A stretch of DNA of 64,000 nucleotides from Mobula hypostoma (Eukaryota). This document shows positions 39,150 through 52,214 of this stretch, piece after piece (the first letter of the stretch is position 1; every line of letters starts with the position of its first letter). The notes beneath the pieces are model-generated. The model had not been told where the DNA came from. It was given only the letters and a program-made list of their open reading frames with translations, and made no database searches. The stretch covers positions 4,650,001-4,714,000 of the forward strand of contig NC_086098.1 of assembly GCF_963921235.1 (NCBI RefSeq), read 5' to 3'. The position numbers were made by a program, and so were the translations under genes.

Positions 39150-41716
39150 TGGATTGGAACTCGGAGAAGGAAGTCTGAGAATCGGAGCAGGAGTGCAGAG
39201 GAAGCCATTTTTGAATTTTTCGGTTTTCTTTCCATCGGCGTTCAGAGAGGTGGGACTGCGCAGGCGTGTGATGTCGGGCAGTGAAGTGCGGAAGATTTAA
39301 AAGGAACACAGCTTTATACAGCAGGCAGCAGAGTTTGCGGGCGGCGGAGTGAGCCGAGAGCAAAGAGAAGGCTTAAGGGCTTCGGCTCAACGGGCTTAGG
39401 TGGAAACGGGCAAAGCGAAGAGGATTTGGTATTCATTTTTTGTTGTTATTTGAGGAGAGGGGCAGTATGAGTGTGAGGGCAGCTTGTTGTTCTCGGTGCC
39501 GGATGTGGGAGGCCCTGGAGTCTCCCAGCCTCCCGGACGTCCACATCTGCGCCAGGTGCGCCGAGATGCAGCTCCTAAGGGACCGTGTTAGGGAACTGGA
39601 GCTGCAGCTCAATGACCTTCATCTGGTCAGGGAGAGTGAGGAGTTGATAGAGAGGAGCTACAGGCAGGTGGTCACACCGGGGCCACTGGAGGCAGACCAG
39701 TGGGTCATGGTTAGGAGGGGGAAGGGGAAGAGTCAGGTGATAGAGAGTACCCCGGTGGCTGTGCCCCTTGACAATAAGTACTCCTGTTTGAGTACTGTTG
39801 GGGGGGGGGCAGCTTACCTGAGGGAAGCGACAGTGGCCGTGCCTCCAGCACAGAGTCTGGCCCGGTAGCTCAGAAGGGTAGGGAAAGGAAGAGGAGGGCA
39901 GTTGTGATAGGGGACTCGATAGTAAGGGGGTCAGATAGGTAATTCTGTGGACGCAGTCCAGAGACCCGGATGGTAGTTTGCCTCCCTGGTGCCAGGGTCT
40001 GGGATGTTTCTGATCGCGTCCAAGATATCCTGAAGTGGGAGGGTGAGGAGCCAGAGGTCGTGGTACATATAGGTACCAATGACAGAGGTAGGAAAAGGGA
40101 AGAGGTCCTGAAAGGAGAATATAGTGAGTTAGGAGGGGAGTTGAGAAAAAGGACCGCAAAGGTAGTAATCTCGGGATTACTGCCTGTGCTATGCGACAGT
40201 GAGAGTAGGAATGAAATGAGGTGGAGGATAAAGGCGTGGCTGAGGGATTGGAGCAGGGGGCAGGAATTCAAGTTTTTGGATCATTGGGACCTCTTTTGGC
40301 GCAGGTGTGACCTGTACAAAAAGGACGGGTTACACTTGAATCCTAGGGGACCAATATCCTGGTGGGGAGATTTGCGAGGGCTACTGAGGTGACTTTAAAC
40401 TAGAATGGTTATGGGGTGGGAATCAAATTGAAGAGACTAGGAGAGAGGAGGTTAGTTCACAAATAGAGAAAGCTAGTAGACGGTGTGTGAGGGAGGGAAC
40501 AGAGATCAGGAGCACTCAGACCGAAGATGTAGGGGAGAAGGAAGAAAAAGATAACAAAGTTGTTTGCTACAGTAAGGATAAAAAGAGGCGGAGAGTTTCT
40601 TAAATGCCTCTATTTTAATGCTAGGAGCATTGTAAGAAAGGTGGATGAGCTCAGAGCATGGATTGATACCTGGAAATATGATGTTGTAGCTATTAGTGAA
40701 ACGTGGTTGCAGGAGGGGTGTGATTGGCAACTAAATATTCCTGGATTTCGTTGCTTCAGGTGTGATTGAATCGGAGGGGCAAGAGGGGGAGGTGTTGCAT
40801 TGCTTGTCAGAGAAAATATAACAGCGATCCTCTGGCAGGATAGATTAGTGGAATTGTCCAGGGAGGCTATCTGGGTGGAACTGAGGAATAGGAAAGGTGT
40901 AGTGATGCTTATAGGGGTGTATTATAGACCACCTAATGGGGAGCGAGAACTGGAAGAGCAAATTTGTAAGGAGAAAGCAGATATTTGTAGTAAGCACAAG
41001 GTTGTGATTGTGGGAGATTTTAATTTTCCACACATAGACGGGGAAGCCCATTCTATAAAAGGGCTGGATGGTTTGGAGTTTGCAAAATGTGTGCAGGATA
41101 GTTTTTTGCAGGAATACATAGAGGAGGGGCAGTGTTGGATCTCCTGTTAGGGAATGAGATAGGTCAGGTGATGGAGGTATGTGTTGGGGAGCACTTCGGG
41201 TCCAGTGATCACAATACCATTAGTTTCAATATAATTATGGAGAAGGATAGGACTGGACCCAGGGTTGAGAGTTTTGATTGGAGAAAGGCTAACTTTGAGG
41301 AGATGCAAAAGGATTTAGAAGGAGTGGATTGGGACAATTTGTTTTATGGGAAGGATGTAATAGAGAAATGGAGGTCATTTAAAGGTGAAATTTTGAGGGT
41401 ACAGGATCTTTATGTTCCTGTTAGGTTGAAAGGAAAGGTTAAAAGTTTGAGAGAGCCATGGTTTTCAAGGGATATAGGAAACTTGGTTCAGAAAAAGAGA
41501 GGGATTTACAATAAGTATAGGCAGCTTGGAGTTAATGAGGTGCTCGAGGAATATAAAGAATGTAAAAAGAATCTTAAGAAAAAAATTAGAAAAGCTAAAA
41601 GAAGATACGAGGCAGCTTTAGCAAGTAAGGTGAAAATAAATCTAAAGGGTTTCTACAGTTATATAAATAGCAAAAGGATAGTGAGGGATAAAATTGGTCC
41701 CTTAGAGAATCAGAGA
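39150..41716 (+). mobile_element. CR1 5' half (5' UTR, esterase ORF1, APE), 3'-truncated
   Basis: CSRCRMWE..HICARC; GDS; HIGTND; DGLHLN; YFNARS..ISETW; GDFNF; GSSDHN. Confidence 0.9.
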
Positions 41717-44600
41717 TGTCGAAGTCATAGCTCTGCAGGCGAAGAAGCACTCCCTGTAGGTGCTTTGGTGCCTTCACCAACGGCTTCTTAACTATCATTT
41801 CGAGCAGCTTGTGATCGCTGAGTACTCTTGTGAAGCGGCCAAAAGTGTACTGATGAAAATGCTCAGTGCGAAAATGATTGCGAGCATTTCCTTTTCGATC
41901 ACTGCGTAACGTGTTTCTGTGTCCGTTAGCGCTCTGCTTGCGTATGCGATCGGACGTCCATTCTGGAGGAGTGCTGCCCCTAGGCCTTTGTTCGCTGGCG
42001 TCAGATTGGATGGTTAGCTCTTCCTTAGAATTGTAGTATGCTAACACCGGTGATTCGGATACCATCCGCTTGATCTTGGAGAGAGCGTTTTGCTGCTCAG
42101 CTGACCACTCCCGTGCTACATCTGGCTTTGTCAGCTGTCTTATTGGCTCAAGGGTATCTGAGAGACTTGGTAGAAAACAGCTCAGGTAGTTGACAGATCC
42201 GATCAATCGCTGTACTCCCTGCACATCTGTGGGTGCTGGCATGTTGAGAACGTCAGCGACCTTTTTAGGATCAGACTGAAGTCCCTCATTTGTGATGAGA
42301 TGCCCCAAAAAGGGTATCTCTGTCGCTCTGAAGACAGATTTGTTTTGGTTGAGCCTGATATGCTGCCCTGCACAACGCTGTAATAGCTGCTCAAGTTTCA
42401 CATCGTGATTGGTGATTGCCTTTTCCTGCATTTCCCCTTTTCCGTACATCAGAATGTCGTCTGCGACACAGATCACTCCCGATAATCTTTCCAGCACCCG
42501 ATGCAGCCTGCGCTGGAAGATCTCTGCTGAAACACTGGTTCCAAACGGAAGTCTGAGCCACCTATACTGCCCGAAAGGTGTGTTGAAAGTGGTGAGCATG
42601 CTTGATTCACTGTCCAATTTCACTTGCCAGAATGCAAAACTCGTATCAAGCTTGCTGAAAACCTTAGCCCGGTCAAGATCTGACAAAATATCCTCTATCA
42701 CCGGAAGGGGGTAGTGTTCTCTCCTCAGCGCTTTGTCCAGTGGTCGAGGGTCGATGCATATACGAGGATTGCCATTCTTCTCTGCAAACACTCACTGGCT
42801 AACCCACCTTGTAGGTTCATGGACTGGAGCCATCACCTTGCTGTCTACCAGTTGATCAAGCTCAGCTTTCACTTTCCGCTTCATAGTGTGAGGTAGACGT
42901 CGTGGGGGTGACACTGTGGGTTGACCTTCCTCATCAATCTGCAGGTGGGCTGCACTCGGAAGCTCCGAGTGCATCATCGAACATCTCTGCATAATGTTCT
43001 TCTGGTGTGCATTGTTTTCCTTTAAGTGTAGATGCATGCACCCTGCGAAAGTTGTCATCGTTGACCGTAATCAGCTTCATTTGCTGGCTGGCCCTGCTCC
43101 CCAGCAATGGTGTAAAGTCATTGGTGACCACGACAAATTCGACAGAATACTTGCGGTTCTCAATTTCACTCTGCACATCCCTTCCGCATCCATGGTGGGC
43201 TTGTTCCACATCATCAGCTTTTTCGTGCATTGTCTTAGTGTGTGGTCTACTCCCTCCAAGTATTTGTGGGGTAAAATGTTAACGCTCGCCCCGCTGTCCA
43301 CTTGGAAGTCTGTTGGCTTTCCAGTGATGAGCGTCTGTGCGAATACGTCATCCTTTGTCTTCAGACTGTTGACCACCAGTGTGACATTGTCAATAAACTG
43401 TCACTGTCGGATTGGTCATCGCTTCGTGCTTCCACCCCATGCACGGGCTTCTGCTTGTGTACCTTTGCAAAGTGATTTCGAATGCCGCACGCCTGGCACA
43501 CCTGTCCGTATGCTGGGCGTTGTTGTTTGTCTCTCGCATGTTCTGTGCCACAGTACGTGCAAGGGTTCCCTTTGCTTCTGTGGCTGTTCAAGGTGCCTTT
43601 TACTCTGGCTCCACCACTAGCACTAGCCGACTGTCCAGGATGCTTTGAGCCTTTCTTGTTAGTGCGAGGTTTAATCCCATGGACAGTAGTGGACCTGCTA
43701 TCTGCAGCTGTACTGAATGCTTGTAGGTGTGATTCAGCCATTTCTGTGCTTTTACAGATGTTTTACAGTCATTGAACGATAGCTTTCTCTCTTGTAACAG
43801 ACGTTTTCTGGTTTGGGAGTCGTTAATGCCCAGTACGATCTTGTCTCTCAGCAGACTGTCTGAGAAACACGAGCAAAAATTACATGTCTTTGCAAGAGAT
43901 CTAAGGCTGGCAAGAAACAATTCAAAGGTCTCACCTTGTTCTTGTTGCCGCTTGTTGAACAAGTACTGTTCGTATGTCTCATTTTTCTCACCGATAGCAT
44001 ATCTGTCAAATGCAGCTAAAATCTTTGTGAGGTCTTGGCCTTCAGCCTCATCTGCGAACACAAAACTGTTGTAGGCCTCAAGTCCTGATGGTCCAATTGT
44101 CTGTAAAAACAATGCCGTCTGGTATGCTGGAACTGGTTTGTGTGGTTGTGCTACGACACTGTAGTGAGTCCACACCTGCCGCCATGTCTTCCATCCGTCT
44201 ATCACTCCGCAGTTGACCATCACGGCCGGTGGCGGGCAGATGCCGCTGACTGGGGGAGGACTTCCGCCCCGACCATGGTCCCCTGGCACGGGGTCACCCG
44301 CGGGTGCTGGGTGCCACTGAGATTCTGCTGTCTCACCTCCAGGCACTGCTGCTGCACCCGTCTCTATTTGTGGCTGGTTGCTCCTCTCAGTCAACATTGT
44401 TCTACTCTTACACTCACCCTCCGATGTTTCAGAGTTGCGCTATTATTACGCTGCCAACTGCAAGTTGAAAAAATCAGGCACTGCGGTTGAAAAAAGCAAT
44501 TTTCCGAGACCCACCGCTGCCAACATACTTTGAGACAGATATTTCAGATAAAAACAATGGCACATGTGCACCAACTTTAATTGTCTGCTCATGAGTGGAT
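41717..44600 (-). mobile_element. Gypsy (Mag/K02A2.6-like) LTR retrotransposon, decayed: gag-PR-RT-RNase H; no integrase or 3' LTR
   Basis: gag LRDKIVLGI, C..C...NH; PR VDSGAS; RT RICIDPRPL, FNTPFG, VADDIL; RH SDAS, SDHK; PBS TGGCAGCGGTGGG (tRNA-Leu-like) at 44510-44522. Confidence 0.9.
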
Positions 44601-44619
44601 GTACAAATAAATCATAATG

Positions 44620-44948
44620 ACTCTGATCTCAAACCTCTGCTGCCTTTTGACTATACCCACTCATGGGGAAGGTTTTGGGAGTAAACCCTGAGGAAAAAAT
44701 CAGAACTGGAGTCGGTAACGCACTCCTACCTTGAGTTCAAAGCTGACTGGCAACTCCTGTGATGCTGCTGGTACCAAACTTTCATCAATCACTCCCATTC
44801 CTTTGGATTCATCAGATGCGGGGAGCTTGCTACATGGACAACAGCTTGCTCTGCATATCATTCTGTCCAGGCTCGCATACCTAGACAGCTAAGATGTAAC
44901 ATCTGGGCTCAACCCTGACTGACGGAGGCCTCACTCACTCACTCACTA
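44620..44948 (+). mobile_element. 5'-truncated RTE-related non-autonomous retroposon with (CTCA)n tail
   Basis: actctgatctcaaacctctgctgcc...ggagtaaaccctgagg resembles RTE 5' UTR sequence; microsatellite tail. Confidence 0.45.
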
Positions 44949-46008
44949 TTTTGATAGAGACTCTTCCAGCCATTCGAGCTGGGCCACCCAGCAACCCCCA
45001 GTATAACCCTAACCTAATCACTCACACAACAATTTACAATGGCCAATTAACCTACCAGTTAGTACACCTTTGGACTGTGGGAGGAAACCAGAGCACCCGG
45101 AGGAAACCTACACTATTGCAGGGAGAATGAACAAACTCCTTACAGGCAGAGGTGGGAATTGAATCAGGTTTGTTTGTACTGTAAAGCATTGTGCTAACCA
45201 CTACGATACCATGCCACCCCAATCTGCAACACACACAAAATAAGACCATAAGATAAAGGAGCAGAAGTAGGCCATTCGGCCCATCGAGTCTACTCTACCA
45301 TTCAGTCATGGGCTGATCCAATTCTTCCAGTCATCCCCACTGCCCTGCCTTCTCCTCATACCCTTTGATGCCCTGGCTAATCAAGAACCTATCTATCTCT
45401 GCCTTAAATACATCCAATGACTTGGCCTCCACAGCTGCTCGCGGCAACAAATTCCACAGATTTACCACTCTCTGACTAAAGTAATTTCTGTGCATTGCTG
45501 TTCTAAATGAATGTCCTTCAATCCTGAAGTTGTGCCCTCTTGTCCTAGACTCCCCTACCATGGGAAATAACTTTGCCATATCTAATCTGTTCAGGCCTTT
45601 TAACATTTGTAATGTTTCTATGAGATCCCCCCTCATTCTCCTGAACTCCAGGGAATACAGCCCAAGAGCTGACAGTCGTTCCTCATACGGTAACCCTTTC
45701 ATTCCTGGGATCATTCTCGTGAATCTTCTCTGAGCCCTCTCCAACGTCAGTATATTCTTTCTAAAATAAGGAGCCCAAAACTGCACACAATACTCCAAGT
45801 GTGGTCTCATGAATGCCTTATAGAGCCTCAACATCACATCCCTGCTCTTATATTCTATACCTCTAGAAATGAATGCCAACATTGCATTCGCCTTCTTCAC
45901 CACTGACTCAACCTGGAGGTTATCCTTTAGGGTATCCTGCACAAGGACTCCCAAGTCCCTTTGCATCTCTGCATTTTGAATTCTCTCCCCACCTAAATAA
46001 TAGTCTGC

Positions 46009-46231
46009 ACAAAATAATCTGCAGATGCTGGGGTCAAAGCAACACTCACAACACGCTGGAGGAACTCAGCAGGTCGGGCAGCATCCTTGGAAAAGATCGG
46101 TCGATGTTTCGGGCCAGAACCCTTCGTCAGGACCCTTGAGTCCTGATGAAGGGTTCCAGCCCGAAACGTCGACCGATCTTTTCCATGGATGCTGCCCGAC
46201 CTGCTGAGTTCCTCCAGCATGTTGTGAGTAT
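46009..46231. mobile_element. Penelope-derived inverted-repeat insertion with two opposed hammerheads, 15-bp TSD
   Basis: TSD taa(a/g)taatagtctgc at 45994-46008 and 46232-46246; arms about 46040-46134 and 46139-46231 are reverse complements. Confidence 0.85.
46140..46173 (+). ncRNA. Minimal type I hammerhead ribozyme
   Basis: gtc-CTGATGA-a-gggt tcca gccc-GAAAC-GTC-gac: all core residues present, GUC cleavage triplet. Confidence 0.8.
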
Positions 46232-46284
46232 TAAGTAATAGTCTGCCCATTTAATTCTTCCACCAAAGTGCATGATAATACACA

Positions 46285-46620
46285 GGAGGAACTCAGCAGG
46301 TCAGGCAGCATCTATGGAGATGAATAAACAGTTGGCGTTTTGGGTTGTGACTCTTCAGGTGAGAGCGGGGGGAAGGTAGGTGGGTGGGAGAGGGGATGAA
46401 CTGAGAAGCTGGGAGATGATAGGTGGAAAAGGTAAAGGGCTGAAGAAGAAGGAGTCTGATAGGAGATGCGAGTGGACCATTGCAGAAGGGGAAGGAGAAG
46501 GGGCACCAGAGGGATGTCATGGGCAGGTGATGAGAAGGAAGGAGCCAGAATGGGAGATGGAAGAAGAGAGAAGAGGAAGGGAAATTACTGTCAGTTAGAG
46601 AAATCAATATTCATGCCAGC
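46285..46620 (-). mobile_element. Penelope-derived 3' element (purine-rich tract, decayed hammerhead)
   Basis: Homologous to 54856-55320; ggcatgaatattgatttctc on minus. Confidence 0.7.
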
Positions 46621-49600
46621 AGATATGTGTTAGGTTATGATTAGTACATATGTAATGTGTTGTTGATGTATTTGGCCTTAGTCTTTGCTACAAGGGTCTC
46701 TGTCAAAAAACATCAGTTATACTGTACGTATTCTTTGGTGTCAGGAATTTTGCTCGAAAATAACACGCTACATGTTAAAATCTGACTATCAGAAAACAAA
46801 CACATGAGAGGAAGTGCTAATTAGCTGTCAAATGATGCCGGAGCATCTGCTGACAGTGAGACTCCATTGGGTGGGGAGATGACTGAGATTCTCAGGGAGA
46901 ATATTAATGGAGATGTGTGGTTCCTGTAAAGTGAGGGAACAGTGCTGTAAAGAACCCCAGAACTCACACCACCAGCTTCAAGCACAGTTATTACTCCTCA
47001 ACCATCAGGCTCTTGAACCAGAGGGGATTTCAATTGCCCCATCACTGAAATCTTCCCATAACCTGTGAACTGACTTCCAAGGACTCTTCATGTCATGCTC
47101 CCAATATTTATTGCCTATTTACTGTATTTATTGTCATTGTTTGTTTTTTTTTGTCTTTTTGCCTTTTGCACGTTGGTTGTTTGTCCATCTTCTCACATGT
47201 GGTTTTTCACTGATTCTCTTGTATTTTCTTTGTTCTACTGTGAATGCCCTCAAGTAAATGCATCTCCGGGCTGTATATGGTGACGTATATGTACTTTGAT
47301 AATACATTTTACTTTGAACTCTGAACTTTGATTAGCAGTGGGGAATTCTAATGTTTTGCTTCTGTGCTTAACAGCCGAAATTAATTCTCTTATAAGTTAC
47401 TATCTTTTATTACTTATTAGCAGTGTGTGGAATTTTCAAGGTTTAGGGTGCCGTGGTCATGTGGTGCTTAATGCTATTACAGCTTGGGACGTCAGAGTTC
47501 AGAGTTCGATTCCATGGTCATCTCTAAGCGAGTTTGTACGTTTTTCATGTGTGTGCATGCATTTCCTCCGGATGCTCCGGTTTCCTCCCACAGTCCAAAG
47601 AAGTCCCAGTTCATAGCTCAATTGGTCATTGTAAGTTGTCCTGTGATTCGGCTGGGGGTTAAAGGTGGGGTGCTCATTGGGCTGGAATGGCCCCTTCCAC
47701 ACTGTATGGCTACATAAATAAATAAACTGGAGTACTTGTGAATGATTATGAGACAGCAACATTCTGAAGGACAACTAAGTTAATTTTACTGTTAGACTGC
47801 AGAGAAAATTGACAAGGATGTTGTCAGGACTGGAGGACTTGAGTTACAGGGAAATGTTGAATAGGTTAGGACCTCATTGACTGGTGTGAAGGAGAATGAG
47901 GAGAGATCTTGTATAAGTGTACAGAATTATGAGGAGTAGAGATAGGATGAATTCATGGAGGCTCTTCGCCCTCAGGTTGGGTGAGACTAGAGCCAGTGGG
48001 CAAAGATTTAGGGTGAAAGGAAAATGGTGTCATACACAGCTTCTATCCCACTGTGATCAGACTCTTGAGCAGATCTCTTATATGATAAGATGGACTCTAG
48101 ACCTCACGGTCTACCTCATTATGGTCTTGTACTTTATCATTTATCTGCACTGCCCTCTCTCTGGAGCTGTTACACTTTATTTTGCATTGTTTTTGTTTTA
48201 CTCTTTTCTACTTCAATGCACTGTGTAATGATTTGATTTGTAAGAACATGAGACCATCAGACATAGGAGCAGTATTAGGCCATTCAGCCCTTTACTATTC
48301 CATCATGGCTGACTTATTAGCCCTTTCATTCCCATTTTCCTGCTTTCTCCCCATGACCTTTGATGCCCTGCCTAATCAAGAACTTAATCAACCTCTGCCT
48401 TAAGTATACCCAGTGACTCAGTCTCCACAGCCATCCGTGGCAATGAATTCCACAGATTCACCAGGCTAGAAAAATTCCTCCTCATCTCTGTTCTAAATGG
48501 ATGACCTGAAAAGACACTGTATCTTGGCACATGTTACAATAATAATCCATAATAAATAATAAACAATAATCCTGTCATAGGTCTTAAAGTTTCAAAGGTT
48601 CACTTTATTATCAACGTATGTATGCAGTATACAATTCAGAGATTTGTCTTTTCCAGATAGCCATCAAATATGGAAAACCATGAAATAGTTGAAAGAAAGT
48701 CAACAGGAAAAAAAAGAAACAAAAGTTTATGTATCTTACCAGAGGGCGTGCATTTAAGGTGAGGGGAGGGGTAATTTCAAAGGAGACGTAAGGGACAAGT
48801 TGTTTTACACAGAGTGGCGGGTGCCTGGAACGCGTTGGTGGTGGTAGAAGAAGATACATTAGAGACCTTTGAGAGACTTTTAGATATATACATAAATGTG
48901 AGGGAAAAGGAAGGACATGGCATTATGTAGGCAAGAGAAATCAGTTTAGTTGATTATTTGACAAATTTAATTGATTCAGCCTAACATTGTGGGCTGAAGG
49001 GCCTGTTCTCGTTCTGTGATCTGTGTATTCAAATCTTTCTTTGTAGAAGTAATTGGTCAATGAGGTTTAATGTTCTCTAAAAATAAGACAGATTTCAAAA
49101 AGGAATATATTTAATAATCATTTTAGAAAACTTGGAAGTAGTGTTTACATTGAAGTGATTTATGTTTTTACATTCCATTTCCTTTATGCAAACCCTGCAA
49201 TAATGATATGCAACTGTAGATCATGCTACAGATATAGAAAAGACAAACAATGTGGATGCAAATATTTTAATAAAAGAAATACGATACTGATCATGTATTA
49301 TCCCCTTAGAGCATAATTATACACCACTCATTTAAATGCTAATTTCAAGATCTAACTGCAGCCTTTAACATGCATTCCATCAAAAACAATTTTACCTTTC
49401 AAGGAATGTTTAAAAAAAAACTCATGTTCTTTTATTATTTTATTAGTTTGCAGTTGTGTTTGTAATTTCGAACAATTCAAATACACAATATTTTGTCTGT
49501 CTAATAACTTCCACTTTTAATTAACATCCATGCCTTGCAAAATGTTTCTAATTTACATGCTACTGAGGATGTTAATGCTACATTTCAGATAATGCATCTG

Positions 49601-49663
49601 GACAAATTGGCACTGTGGTTTCCTGCAGCACAGCATGATCCTCGACTGCATTATATCTGTTGC

Positions 49664-51938
49664 TGTTGCAACGAACAAGGCAAACCCAAACGCAGGACAC
49701 AGGCACGGAGATTGAGTTAGGATACAGACGCGGGCGTGAGCGTTGAATGGCCAACAGGAAGGAGTGCAGGAAAGCAGGAGGCAGGCAGAACTTATCTTGA
49801 TACAGAGCATTGAAGGGAAAACGGCAGACAAAACTTTTCTTAGCACAGAGAGACAGAGTTACACAGGTGAACCTCAGTGCTGAAGTAAAACTTAGAATAC
49901 TTATCTTGACACGGAGAGACAGAGTTTCACAGGTAAACCTCAGAACTGGAGTAGAACTTAGAAAATTTATCTTGACACGGAGTGACTGAGTTTCACAGGT
50001 AAATCTCGGTACTGAAGCAAAACTTAGAACACATAATCCTAAACAGCCGGGAGGCAAAACAAACGATCTGGCAACTAGTGGGTGCAAAGCTGGGGCTCTT
50101 ATGCTACAGGTCTTGAGGAAAACCAGGTGTGTCGCCATTAAAGGAAGTTAGGAGAAAATGGGGAATTAATGGTCGGAACTGTGGCACAATCAAAGGAAAT
50201 TAGGAGAAAATGGGGAATTAACGGTCAGGAACATGCAGTACCCCTCTCAACGGGAGCCTCCAGGTCAACCACCAGGCTTGTCTGGATTGTCGCGATGGAA
50301 ATCTCGGATTAGGGAAGGGTCCAAGATGAAGGAGCAGGGAATCCAGGTGCACTCCTCAGGACCGTATCCCTCCCAATCGACCAGGCACTGGAGACCCCTG
50401 CATCGGCGGCGCACATCCAGTATTCGCCAGACGGTGTAAGCTGGGTAGTTGTCGATGACCCGGGCGGGAGGAGGAGGTTCAGCAGGAGGGCACAAAGGGC
50501 AGACAGATACAAGTTTCAGTTGGGAGATGTGGATCAAGGGATGAATGTGCATGGATCTGGGCATTTTGAGTTTGACCGCCAAGGGGTTGATGATGCTCTC
50601 AATTTCGAATGGTCCGAGGTAACGAGGGGCAAGTTTCTTGGGTTAGTTCTTGAGGGGTATGTCTTTTGAAGAGAGCCAATCCCACTGGTCAGGCTGATAG
50701 CTGGGTGCTGGAATCCGGTGGTGATCGGTGATACTTCGGTTGCGGTCAGCTGAGCAGAGCAGGGCCGCGCGTGCATCCTTCCAGACCTTGCGGCACCGGC
50801 GGAGATGGGCCTGAACAGAAGGCACAGTACTGTTGTTTTCATGGGCAAGAAACAGGGGGTTGGTAACCGAGGGAGCATTCGAAGGGAGACGTTCCGGTGG
50901 CGGTGCTGACCAGGGAGTTGTGGGCGTACTCCACCCAAGTGAGATGGGTGCTCCAAGATGATGGGTCAACATCAAGGAGCACTGAAGAAGGAAGTCCCGG
51001 CACTTTCCAAATCCCCAGCATAGTATTCTGGTTCGAGTACATATGTCTCTCTTGGCGGGGGTGTTGCTGACACATAGGGGGTTGCCACTACAGGCTGTCT
51101 GGGCTGGTTAGACAGGGTTCCAGGAGTGGGTTGAGTAAAATGAGTGGATACACGGTCCGCCTGGTCACCGATCTGCGTGACAGGGAATGGAGGTTCTCCA
51201 TGACCTCCCGGAGGAGTTGGTCGTGCTGTCCCAGTAGGGAGCCCTTGCTGGGGAGGGCTTGTTGAAGGGTATTCATGTCCGCTGGGTCCATGGTGGCCAG
51301 ATTGTTCAGTTGCAACGAATGAGGCGATCCCAAACGTAGGACACAGGCACGGAGATAGAGTTAGGATGCAGACACGGGCACGAGCGTTGAACGGCAAACA
51401 GGAGGGAGTGCAGGAAAGCAGGAGGCAGGCAGACCTTATCTTGACATGGAGTGTAGAAGGGAAAATGGCAGACAAAACTTATCTTAGCACGGAGAGACAG
51501 AGTTACACAGGTAAACCCCAGTGATGAAGTAAAACTTAGAATACTTATCCTGACACGGAGAGACGGAGTTTCACAGGTAAACCTCGGAACTGGAGTAGAA
51601 CTTAGAACATACAATCCTAAGCGGCTGGGAAACGTTAATTAACACACTGGAAAAACCAACGATCTGGCAACTAGTGGGTGCAAAGCCAGGGTTCTTATGC
51701 TGTGGGTATTGATGAAAACCAGGTGTGCCGGCATCAAAGGAAATTAGGAGAAAATGGGGAATTAACGGTCGGAACCTTGGCACAATCAAAGGGAATTAGG
51801 AGAAAATGGGGAATTAACGGTCGGAACCTTGGCACAATCAAAGGGAATTAGGAGAAAATGGGGAATTAACGGTTGGAACCTTGGCACAATCAAAGGGAAT
51901 TAGGAGAAAATGGGGAATTAACGGTCGAGCCTGTGACA
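49664..51938 (-). mobile_element. Internally deleted sushi-like chromovirus (Ty3/Gypsy) with two LTRs and 5-bp TSD GTTGC
   Basis: LTRs 49664-50237 and 51308-51938; TSD at 49659-49663 and 51939-51943; gag MDPAD..; integrase [12 protein letters not shown]; chromodomain [16 protein letters not shown] gagaggggtac. Confidence 0.93.
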
Positions 51939-52214
51939 GTTGCAGATATTCAGACCAGAGTCATTTAGCGATTTGCAAACAATTGTGCATTAAGGTGGTG
52001 AAATGTTCAATCATTTTGTATATTTCTTAAATAATATGTAATATTATTTGATTTAAGGGGAACATGAGGGTTAAGGGCTGTTGGTAATCAAGGTGCCATT
52101 CTTTTTTCTATAGGGGATTGGTTTGATGATTCTCTTTTTGCAACTATCACATTCTTTCTATGTTTCATGGCTATCTGGAAAATACAAATATTAGAGTTGT
52201 GTACGGATACCTGT

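Larger units (their letters stand above)
45243..46283 (-). mobile_element. CR1 3' fragment
   Basis: 211-aa ORF QRDLGVLV..RPHLEYCVQFW..RVVNLWN. Confidence 0.9.

Noticed and set aside
44620..44948. Second HDV-like ribozyme in an RTE-like retroposon
   Set aside because: Copy appears truncated; no P1/P3/GGGCAA elements found
49578..50138. 186-aa repetitive ORF
   Set aside because: Product of tandem repeats inside the LTR
50265..50582. Host chromodomain gene
   Set aside because: Integrase C-terminal chromodomain lying between LTRs
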